From: an uncultured Roseobacteraceae bacterium
Lineage (GTDB): Bacteria; Bacteroidota; Bacteroidia; Cytophagales; Flammeovirgaceae
Length of the DNA stretch: 64,000 nucleotides
Direction: 5' to 3'
NCBI GenBank assembly: GCA_964602415.1
Contig: CAZRQL010000012.1
Location: forward strand, 1,164-65,163
Part shown: one piece after another, positions 45,017 to 53,700 of the stretch
Position numbering within the stretch: position 1 is the first letter of the stretch
How the letters are laid out: each line of letters begins with the position of its first letter
Program-made: the position numbers and the translations under genes
Notes under the pieces: model-generated
Told to the model about the DNA's origin: nothing
The model's input: the letters and a program-made list of their open reading frames with translations, nothing else
The model's database searches: none

Positions 45017-47548
45017 ATGAGACTTAACAGCCTTAAAGCCAAATTATTGTTATCATTTCTGCTAAGTTTGGCAGTTGTTACGCTTATTGTGGTAACATTC
45101 ATTTGGTTTGATAAAAGCGTACAAGAACTGGCTGAAATCAATATCAATCTCACCGAAATTGAACTCGAAACAAAAGAAGTATCAATTCTGGAAAAAGATT
45201 TTTTTGCTTACGACATTGCAGAAGAAAACTTTTACAGAGATGGCACCAGCCGCCTGCTTGAAATAAGAAAAGAGCGAATCAATCAGTTGAAAGAATCTTT
45301 GAAAAAACTCAGTGAAAATGATGAGTTGGATGCCATTCATATCAAACAGGACGTAAGTCAGTTACTGGAAAAAATCGAGCACTTTGACATCATGTTTTAC
45401 TTGCTTGTAGATGAATTGCTCAAGCGCGGCTTTAAAGACTATGGATTGGAAGGGCAATTGCGCAACAATATTCATGCCTTGGAAAATGCTCCCGAGCTTA
45501 CTGATAAAGGCAAGATACTGGTCATTAGAAAGCATGAAAAAGACTATTTCCTACGCAAGGAATTGAGATACATTACTTTGGCTGAAGAAGCCATCAAAGA
45601 ACTCAAAAAGGAAATCAACAGCAAGGTCAAAAATAAAATTCAGCGTGAAGCCTATCTTGAGCACGCAGATAATTACATGGACTACCTACTCCAAATAGTT
45701 GATATAGAGGAGAGAATAGGAGTACAAACCCAGGGCGGCCTCAAAACTGAAATACTTTCGTTTTGGCACACCATCGAGGACGACCTCAATCAAATAGAAA
45801 GTGCTGTTTTAGAGGAAGTTGGTAAAATTCGCGATGAGGTCGAATATACGATTGGCGGTCTTTTGATGGTTTTCTTATTGTTTTTGGGGTTTTTGCTTCA
45901 TCTTTTGATTCAGCAATTGGGTCGCCCGATACGCAAACTTTCTCAGTCAATCAACAATATCGTAATCAATAATTTTGAAGAAGGAAAAGTAGAAGCTCCC
46001 AACACCAACGATGAAATCGGGCAACTTGGCCGTGATATAAAACTTATGGTTGATAAGGTGCGGCATAACACTTCCCAAATCACAAGCCAGAATAAGAAAA
46101 TAGAGATGGCTTTTAGGAATTTGGAAGTCATTAGCCAAAAAGGGCGAGAAATTACAGCTTCCTTAGACCTTGAGCAAATCACCTCATCCACAGAGTCTTG
46201 TATCAAGGCACTGATTGCCTCTGACCTGGTGGGAATCGGCCTATACAATGCAGAGACGCACACCATTGATTTTGTGGTCAACTTTGAAGGCCAATCAACC
46301 ATAGTCAGAGACTCAATCGACGATAGAACAAGGCTTTCCGTTGTTTGTTTTAAGACGGGACAGGTTATTTCTATGTCCGACGTAGCCAATGAATACAGGC
46401 GAATTTTGCCGAATGCAACATGGAAATTGTCCGGTCAAAAAGAGCCTAAGTCTTTGATATACCTGCCGTTGGTGGCCAAAAAAGAAACTATGGGAGTCCT
46501 TACCGTCCAAAGTTTCAAGAAAAATGCTTTTGCGGATTATCACCTCAATATCTTGCAGGCTTTGGGAACTTATGTTTCAATAGCCTTAGAAAATTCATCT
46601 GTTTTTCAAGAGCTTGAAAAAAAGAATGCCCAACTGTTGGCATCGGAAGAAGAACTCAAAATGAATGCGGAGGAGTTGCGCTCTGTAAACGAGCAACTTG
46701 CGGCCTCAAATCAACTCATGCAACTCACCAATGAGCAACAAAAAAAAAAAAAAATTCTGATAGAGAAGAAAAATACTGATATTCAAGCAAGTATAAATTA
46801 TGCACAACGAATCCAAGAAGCTGTTTTGCCTGAAATGGACTTTGTGATGGAAAAACTGCCGGAGAGTTTTGTGTTTTTCAAGCCTCGTGATGTAGTCAGC
46901 GGAGATTTTTTCTGGGTCAATACAATCAAAGATAAGACTGTTATTGTGGTGGCAGATTGTACGGGGCACGGAGTACCCGGTGCTTTTATGTCTCTGATAG
47001 GCAACAATTTGCTAAATCAAATTGTGTTGCAAAATGAAATCACTTCGCCGGACGAAATACTCAACCAACTTCATATCAAAGTACGTCAGGTACTCAAACA
47101 AGAAGAAACCCTCAACCGAGATGGAATGGATGTGTCTGTTGCTGTTTTGCAAGAAACACAAGATAAATTGCTCATTGAGTTTGCAGGGGCAAAATCAAAC
47201 CTGTATTTGGCTCGAAAAAGCGAATTAGAGGTGATTAAGGGCGATATTAACTCCATAGGTGGAGAGCAAAAAGAAAATGTCAGACTTTTCTCTCTCCATA
47301 GAATTGAAATCCAAGAACCTGTAACTTTTTATCTTTCTTCAGACGGATACCACCATCAGTTTGGAGGCCCCGAAAACCGCAAGTTTATGCTCAGTAGGTT
47401 TAGGGAACTATTGTTTTCGATAAAGGATCTGCCGCCCACCCAACAGTTTGAAGAGTTGGAAAGAACTTTTGTAGAGTGGAAAGGCGATGAGGCTCAAATA
47501 GATGATATTCTGATACTTGGAGCAAAAGTTTATCCTAAAAATAAATAA
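45017..47548 (+). CDS. Membrane sensor protein phosphatase: helical sensor, HAMP, GAF-like, coiled coil, PP2C/SpoIIE
   Basis: Two TM helices (LLLSFLLSLAVVTLIVVTFIWF; LLMVFLLFLGFLLHLLI) and a HAMP domain (NDEIGQLGRDIKLMVDKV). A GAF-like block follows (SLIYLPLVAKKETMGVLTVQSF). The SpoIIE motifs are RDVVSGDFFW, ADCTGHGVPGAFMS, SDGYHHQFGG and DDILILGAKV. It is a paralog of 7038..9386 in the output domain. Confidence 0.85.
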   Translation: MRLNSLKAKLLLSFLLSLAVVTLIVVTFIWFDKSVQELAEININLTEIELETKEVSILEKDFFAYDIAEENFYRDGTSRLLEIRKERINQLKESLKKLSENDELDAIHIKQDVSQLLEKIEHFDIMFYLLVDELLKRGFKDYGLEGQLRNNIHALENAPELTDKGKILVIRKHEKDYFLRKELRYITLAEEAIKELKKEINSKVKNKIQREAYLEHADNYMDYLLQIVDIEERIGVQTQGGLKTEILSFWHTIEDDLNQIESAVLEEVGKIRDEVEYTIGGLLMVFLLFLGFLLHLLIQQLGRPIRKLSQSINNIVINNFEEGKVEAPNTNDEIGQLGRDIKLMVDKVRHNTSQITSQNKKIEMAFRNLEVISQKGREITASLDLEQITSSTESCIKALIASDLVGIGLYNAETHTIDFVVNFEGQSTIVRDSIDDRTRLSVVCFKTGQVISMSDVANEYRRILPNATWKLSGQKEPKSLIYLPLVAKKETMGVLTVQSFKKNAFADYHLNILQALGTYVSIALENSSVFQELEKKNAQLLASEEELKMNAEELRSVNEQLAASNQLMQLTNEQQKKKKILIEKKNTDIQASINYAQRIQEAVLPEMDFVMEKLPESFVFFKPRDVVSGDFFWVNTIKDKTVIVVADCTGHGVPGAFMSLIGNNLLNQIVLQNEITSPDEILNQLHIKVRQVLKQEETLNRDGMDVSVAVLQETQDKLLIEFAGAKSNLYLARKSELEVIKGDINSIGGEQKENVRLFSLHRIEIQEPVTFYLSSDGYHHQFGGPENRKFMLSRFRELLFSIKDLPPTQQFEELERTFVEWKGDEAQIDDILILGAKVYPKNK
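46740..46754 (+). repeat. A15 homopolymer inside the sensor-phosphatase CDS (encodes QKKKKI)
   Basis: Read directly from the sequence as caaca-aaaaaaaaaaaaaa-ttctg. It is consistent with the translated ...NEQQKKKKILIEK.... Confidence 0.9.
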
Positions 47549-47600
47549 TTTACGAAAAATAATTGTTATTTTATACTTTTACAAAAACTTAGTTTCTTAC

Positions 47601-47608
47601 TAAATTTG
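47601..47608 (+). promoter_or_regulatory. Bacteroidota -7 promoter box (TAAATTTG)
   Basis: Exact TAnnTTTG match about 19 nt upstream of the ATG at 47627. Confidence 0.4.
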
Positions 47609-47626
47609 CATTAAATCTACAAAACT

Positions 47627-48232
47627 ATGTCATCCGTAAGAATTTGGACTATTGTTCTCTTTGTGCTTTCCGGTGTCTTGGCTTACGCGCTTGCTGAGAG
47701 TATTTTGGGTACAGTTCGCTACAACCAACAAGTCAAAGACTCAGAAATGGCGGTTATTGAGCAACTTAAAGCCATACGCGAGGCTCAAAAATTGTTTTTA
47801 CTCAGCAAAGGATATTATGCCCCCAGTTGGGAAGAATTGATTAAGTACGTCAAAGAAGATTCTTTTTATGTAGTCCAAAGAACAGAGACCATCATACCCA
47901 GAGAGCGCGGAGATAAAGAGTACTTCAAAGGTGATATTGTGAAAGTTAGGTTCGACACCACCCAAAGGCTGTTGGTCAAAGATTACCTTTTTCCTGTGCA
48001 GGATTATCCCTCGCTCAATATAGATAGGCTGGGGCAAATTCCGGGCTATGACAATGAGTATTTCCAGCTTAAAACCCGCCTTGATACCTTGAAAGGCAGG
48101 GTAGCTTACGTAGAGGTGGTGGATGTAAAGCCCTTCGACAAGACCCGAAGCGATGAAAACGACAATATCAGAAGGCGATTGATTAGGTTTGGTTCGCTCG
48201 ATGCAGTAACTTTATCAGGAAATTGGGAATAA
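47627..48232 (+). CDS. Membrane-anchored hypothetical protein (N-terminal TM helix; pilin-like N-terminal layout without a prepilin cleavage motif)
   Basis: 201 aa. The hydrophobic helix IWTIVLFVLSGVLAYALA is followed by AIREAQKLFLLSKGYYAPSWEEL. No G-F-T-L-I-E motif is present. Confidence 0.5.
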   Translation: MSSVRIWTIVLFVLSGVLAYALAESILGTVRYNQQVKDSEMAVIEQLKAIREAQKLFLLSKGYYAPSWEELIKYVKEDSFYVVQRTETIIPRERGDKEYFKGDIVKVRFDTTQRLLVKDYLFPVQDYPSLNIDRLGQIPGYDNEYFQLKTRLDTLKGRVAYVEVVDVKPFDKTRSDENDNIRRRLIRFGSLDAVTLSGNWE

Positions 48233-48244
48233 AATTTTTTTCTA

Positions 48245-49111
48245 TTGGAAACTTCAATTGGATACCAAACATATTTTACCGTCAAAGACACACATTTCGA
48301 TGTCGAATTGATACCTCACTATCACCTGCAAATTATTTTAGGTAGTAGAGATATAGTAGTCAATGTTTTGGATGTTGAAAAAGAAAAAATTGTTTTTTTT
48401 GAACTCATACAACTCCCGCCTTACCAAGATTCCGAGCAGTTTGTGGGGCTTCTCCAAGAAGTCTGGCAGTCGCATCCTTACTTGTTGGCCGGTTTTTGGG
48501 GTAAAGTAAAGCTATCTCTCTTTAGCACCCAGTTCAGTCTGCTGCCTGAAAAATTTCACAACAAAAATGCCGTAGAACAGTACTACACTATTGGTAATAG
48601 CTTTGAACCAAACAGCCAAGAGTTACATTTTGCTGAGGTTTCAAAAAGGAAAGTTTATATCTACTTTGCAGTTGACAATTATCTGATAGCGTGGATCAAA
48701 AACATCTATCAAAATTCTTCCATAGCAATTACCCATTACAACTCAAACTTACTGCTGTCGGCTTCAAATTTGTCTCAATATGGCGAATATGTTGTCATTT
48801 ATGCCATGAGGGGTCGTTTTAGTATTTTGAGACTATCCGAAGGTACAGCATTGTATATCAATACTTTTGATTACGATTCGGTAGATGACTTTGTGTATTA
48901 TGTCTTGTTTGCGCTTACACAATTAGATCTGATCCCCTCACAAGTCGAGATCAATGTATGGGGTACACTTTCCAGCCACTCCGGCGAACTGAAAAAACTT
49001 GCTGCTTATGTGGCCAAAGTCGAAATGGGGAGAAGAGTCTGCGAGGCTAAGTTAAGTTACCATTTTGATGAATTGCCTGAAAGTTTATTTTTGGGACTTC
49101 AAACCGCTTGA
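48245..49111 (+). CDS. DUF3822 family protein
   Basis: 288 aa. The pattern (HLQIILGSRDIVVNVLD...FSLLPEKF...) and the position just upstream of coaD match my recollection of DUF3822. Moderate certainty. Confidence 0.5.
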   Translation: METSIGYQTYFTVKDTHFDVELIPHYHLQIILGSRDIVVNVLDVEKEKIVFFELIQLPPYQDSEQFVGLLQEVWQSHPYLLAGFWGKVKLSLFSTQFSLLPEKFHNKNAVEQYYTIGNSFEPNSQELHFAEVSKRKVYIYFAVDNYLIAWIKNIYQNSSIAITHYNSNLLLSASNLSQYGEYVVIYAMRGRFSILRLSEGTALYINTFDYDSVDDFVYYVLFALTQLDLIPSQVEINVWGTLSSHSGELKKLAAYVAKVEMGRRVCEAKLSYHFDELPESLFLGLQTA

Positions 49112-49114
49112 TAG

Positions 49115-49585
49115 TTGGAGAGAATTGCAGTTTTTCCCGGACATTTTGATCCTTTCACAAAAGGGCACGAAGATATTGCCATAAGGGCATCAAAGATTTT
49201 TGACAAACTCATCATAGCTGTTGGTCACAATACTCGAAAATCTCGTTATTTTTCTATACAGTTCACTTACGAACAAATTAAAAAGTTGTTTGTCAATCAT
49301 CCTAATATAGAGGTTTTCGTTTTTGATGAATTAACGGCTGTTTTTGCCAAAAAGCACGGAGCCAACTATGTGCTCAGAGGTGTAAGGAATACTACAGATT
49401 TTGAGTACGAGGATTCTATCGCTCAAGCCAATAAGAGCATCAATCCCGAATTAGAAACTATTTTTTTAATCACCTCTCCTCAGTTTGCTCATATTTCTTC
49501 CACTATTATAAGAGAACTGCACCGATACGGCACAAAGGATTTGAGCAAATTTGTCTCCTATGAATTGCCTGACTATCAAAGCTAA
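49115..49585 (+). CDS. coaD: Pantetheine-phosphate adenylyltransferase
   Basis: AVFPGHFDPFTKGHEDI, and ISSTIIRE near the C-terminus. TTG start. Confidence 0.9.
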   Translation: MERIAVFPGHFDPFTKGHEDIAIRASKIFDKLIIAVGHNTRKSRYFSIQFTYEQIKKLFVNHPNIEVFVFDELTAVFAKKHGANYVLRGVRNTTDFEYEDSIAQANKSINPELETIFLITSPQFAHISSTIIRELHRYGTKDLSKFVSYELPDYQS

Positions 49586-50520
49586 TGATTCACTTCGAGG
49601 AGTCATATTTTATTCCCATAGCATTTGTTAAATGGACGATTATGAAAAAAGCATATATTTTCTCTGGACAGGGTGCACAATTTCCCGGTATGGGCAAAGA
49701 GTTGTATCACAACTCGGCGAATGCCCGCCAACTGTTTGATTCTGCTTGCGAGATTCTGGGCTTTGATATCAAAGGAATCATGTTTGAAGGCAGTGCCCAA
49801 GACCTGATGCAAACCAAAGTAACCCAACCCGCCGTTTTTCTCCACTCCGTGGCTGCGGCTCTGTCAAAAGAAGACTTTGCACCCGACATGGTAGCCGGCC
49901 ATTCTCTGGGTGAATTTTCGGCCTTGGTGGCTGCTCAGGCTCTAAGTTTTGAAGACGGTCTGCGCTTGGTATCGGTACGCGCCCAAGCCATGCAAGAAGC
50001 CTGTGAGCAAAACCCTTCGACCATGGCCGCTGTGTTGGGTATGGACGACAAAAAAGTCGAACAAATATGTGCAGAAATTGATGCTATTGTTGTACCGGCC
50101 AACTACAATTCTCCCGGGCAACTTGTCATTTCAGGCACTAAAGAAGGCATCGAAATAGCAATAACGCGGCTTAAAGAGGCCGGAGCCAAGCGGGCTTTGC
50201 CTTTGCAAGTAGGAGGGGCTTTTCATTCGCCTCTCATGGCACCTGCGCGTCAAAAACTTGCTGCCGCTATTGAGGCTACTGTGTTTTCTGTTCCTCGTTG
50301 CCCTATTTATCAAAATGTTGATGCCAAGCCACATACAGATGTAGAGCGGATTAAATCTAACTTGATTGCTCAATTGACAGCACCAGTTCTTTGGTCTCAG
50401 AGTGTAACCAACATGGTGGCAGACGGTGCACAGGAGTTTTGGGAGTGCGGACCAGGCAGTGTGCTAACCGGATTGGTCAAAAAAATAACCCCTCAAGTCT
50501 TTGTCGGGGCAGTTGTGTGA
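49585..50520 (+). CDS. fabD: ACP S-malonyltransferase
   Basis: FSGQGAQ and the active-site GHSLGEFSA, plus GAFHSPLM. The likely start is the ATG at about 49642 (MKKAYIFSGQG). Confidence 0.9.
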   Translation: MIHFEESYFIPIAFVKWTIMKKAYIFSGQGAQFPGMGKELYHNSANARQLFDSACEILGFDIKGIMFEGSAQDLMQTKVTQPAVFLHSVAAALSKEDFAPDMVAGHSLGEFSALVAAQALSFEDGLRLVSVRAQAMQEACEQNPSTMAAVLGMDDKKVEQICAEIDAIVVPANYNSPGQLVISGTKEGIEIAITRLKEAGAKRALPLQVGGAFHSPLMAPARQKLAAAIEATVFSVPRCPIYQNVDAKPHTDVERIKSNLIAQLTAPVLWSQSVTNMVADGAQEFWECGPGSVLTGLVKKITPQVFVGAVV

Positions 50521-50741
50521 GGTGACTCAATGCCCGTCGCTCATTTTGCTCAATTTTTTTTCTGAATGTTTTCCTCAATGTAGGATTTGAGACCTGCTTT
50601 TAATATGGATATTATGTCTTTTTGGTCCTATGGGTTCAAGGCGCGTATAATTCACGTAACTTTGTTCGCCCTGGATACGTAAGTATCTCGGTACTTTAAA
50701 AAGTTTTTTATCACTTGATTTTCTAAAAACTAAATCTTCAA

Positions 50742-50758
50742 TTTTTTTTTTTTTTTTT
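50742..50758 (+). repeat. T17 homopolymer 14-30 nt upstream of the NHL-repeat gene start
   Basis: Read directly from the sequence as caa-ttttttttttttttttt-aaattacaactta-TTG. Confidence 0.9.
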
Positions 50759-50771
50759 AAATTACAACTTA

Positions 50772-53700
50772 TTGAGTTCATCCAGACCTTTACTTTTAAA
50801 AGGTCTATTCTGTGTTTCTGTACACAGGCTGAAGCTCCCCATTTTGTTGCTTTTTGCTGCATTAAGCCAAGGCTTTGCGCAAGTGCCCACCCTAAGTTCT
50901 ATGCCTGCTGTAAGTCAGGTAAGAAGCTACACCGCTGTTGCCTCAGGTGAGGTTTTGACAGGTACTTCCCTCTCCGAGGTGGGGTTTGTTTGGAGTACGG
51001 TAAACGCTTTGCCTACCACTTCTGACAACAAAGTTGTAGTTTCCGGACTTGTTTCGACAGGAACCTACCAAGTACTTTTGAGTAATTTGCCTGCCAACAG
51101 CACGATTTATCTGCGCTCTTATGCTACCAATGGAGACGGCACAGGTTATTCTTCTGCCGCTGCATCATTCACGACGCGCATAAATATCTCGTATGATATT
51201 GACCAAAACGCTATCAATGTCGTCGGTCAGCCTGATTTTACCTCTTCAACGAGTGGGCTATCATCACAAAATTTTAATGCTTCCGAAGACGTAGCTATTG
51301 ACTTACTCAATGGCAAGATGTATGTGGCAGACAAGCTCAACAACCGCGTATTGAGGTTTACTTACCCTATTATAAGCGACAACCCTGTTGCTGAGGCTGT
51401 ATTTGGCCAAACTGATTTTGTTTCCAATACCGCAGCAACTTCTGCTACCGGCTTGGATGCTCCTACGGGTGTTTTTGTTGACAATGCTGGACGTTTGTGG
51501 GTTGCAGACAATGGCAATAGGCGTGTGGTTTGGTATAACAATGCCTACACAGCCAACAATGGTGCTGCTGCTGATGGGGTACTTGGCCAGCCGGATTTTG
51601 TTACCAAATCAGCATCGACCTCTCAAAATAAATTCAGGGGAGCAACTCGTGTGATTGTAGATGAAGATGGCAGACTTTGGGTTGCAGAGCGTGGGTCACA
51701 CAGAGTGTTAAGATTTGACAATGCAGCTTTAAAGGCTAATGGTGCCAATGCAGACGGCGTGCTCGGGCAAACTAATTTTACTGATAGAACCTCAGGCCTT
51801 TCATCAAGTTCTTTCAATTCTCCTTGGGGTATATCTGTTCATGGAGGTACACTTTGGGTAGCTGATGTGAACAATAACAGGGTTTTACGATTTGACAATG
51901 CCGCATCTAAAGCAAATGGCTCCCCTGCTGACGGTGTTTTGGGTCAGAGTGATTTTGTTTCAAACAGTGCCGCATTATCTCAAAGTGGAATGAATAGACC
52001 TACGACTTGTACGGTTGATCCGAATGGAACGCTTTGGGTGGCTGATAGACAAAACAGAAGAATTACAGGTTTTGCAAATGCTCAGTCAAAATCCGATGGA
52101 GCCGATGCCGATTACCTGATTGGAGCACCCAATTTTACAACCAGTGTCTCCAATGTTACGGCAGAAAATAGAGTAAGAAGTCCGTTTGGTTTAGCTATTG
52201 ACCCTTCTAATATGTTATTGGCAACAGCTATTCAAACTGATAACAGAGTAACGATATTCAATCTTGCATCTCTAAACATATCTACCCCTGTTGCAAACAA
52301 CATCAAGGCTTTTTCAGCTAATTTGGGGGCTACCCTCAGCAGCGGCTATCCTGTTTCAGAGGTTGGGATTGTTTGGTCAGCGACCAATTCGACACCTACA
52401 GTGGCTGATAATAAGGTCATTTCCACAGGTAATACAGCACCGGGCATCTATTCGGTTTTTGTTGCAAATTTACCTGCGGCCACAACCATATATTACAGAG
52501 GTTATGTCATTAGCGGTTCTTCAACAGAATATACTAATGTGGATAATTTCACAACTTCCTCTTCTCCAGCATTTACCTTTACCAATGGTCAGTCTGCGGT
52601 GCACGTATTGGGACAACCAAACTTTAACTCCTCGGCTTCCGGCACATCATCGCAAGATTTCAACGTATCACGCGGAATTGCCATCGATCAACTGAATAAT
52701 AAAGTGTATGTCTCAGATGCTGAAAACAACCGCGTATTGAGATTTTCATATCCCATCTCAAACTATGCAACAGCTGAAGCTGTTTTTGGACAAAGTAATT
52801 TTACCTCTTCTGCTTCAGGTACGAGTGCCACCTCTATGAATCGTCCTTTTGGTATTGCCGTTGACAACACAGGTCGCTTATGGGTTTGTGAATCAGACAA
52901 CAACCGTGTTATTTGGTTTGATAATGCTCATTTGGCGGTTTCAGGTACTGCAGCAAATGGTGTCCTTGGCCAGCCTGATTTTACCTCGAACACACCCGGA
53001 ACTTCTGCGACTACCATGAATACCCCTCGCGATATAGCTATTGATAGACTTGGGAATCTTTATGTTGTTGATTATCTCAATAACAGAATACTTAGGTATG
53101 ACAATGCTTCTTCTAAGTCCAATGGTGCTTCGGCAGATGGAGTATTAGGTCAAAGTGATTTTGTTTCTTCCGGTACTGGTACTACTGCTTCTACACTAAA
53201 CAAACCCAGTGGTATTTGTGTATCAGATCTTAATATTTGGGTTGCAGACTATTCTAACAACCGTGTACTCAGGTACGACAATGCGGCCTCTAAACCTGAT
53301 GGCGGCAGCGCAGATGTCGTGTTGGGACAAGTGGATTTCACAACTGCAACAAGTGGATTGTCAAATACCAAATTCAATTTGCCGATGGATTGTGATGTTG
53401 ACGGATTTGGCAACCTTTGGGTAGTGGATAGAAACAACAACAGAATACTGGGCTTTGCCAATCAAAACACAATAACCAACGGAGTAGCCGCTACTTATGT
53501 ATGTGGGCAAGCAGGGTTTTCTACCAAGACTTCAGGTGCTACTTCGTCATCTCTTAATTCACCAAGAAGTATAGCCGTTAATAATGCAGGTTATTCTTTC
53601 CTTGTTGCTGATGCAGCTAACAACCGCATTTTAGAATTTTCTTTGAATTCCAATCTGCTTCCTACTGTTAGTAGCCCAACATCTACCGGAATTGACAGCT

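Noticed and set aside
50575-50862. 95-aa minus-strand ORF in the fabD / NHL-gene spacer.
   Set aside because: It reads through the T17 tract as KKKKK and overlaps the signal-peptide region of the NHL gene. It has no motif support and is most likely spurious.
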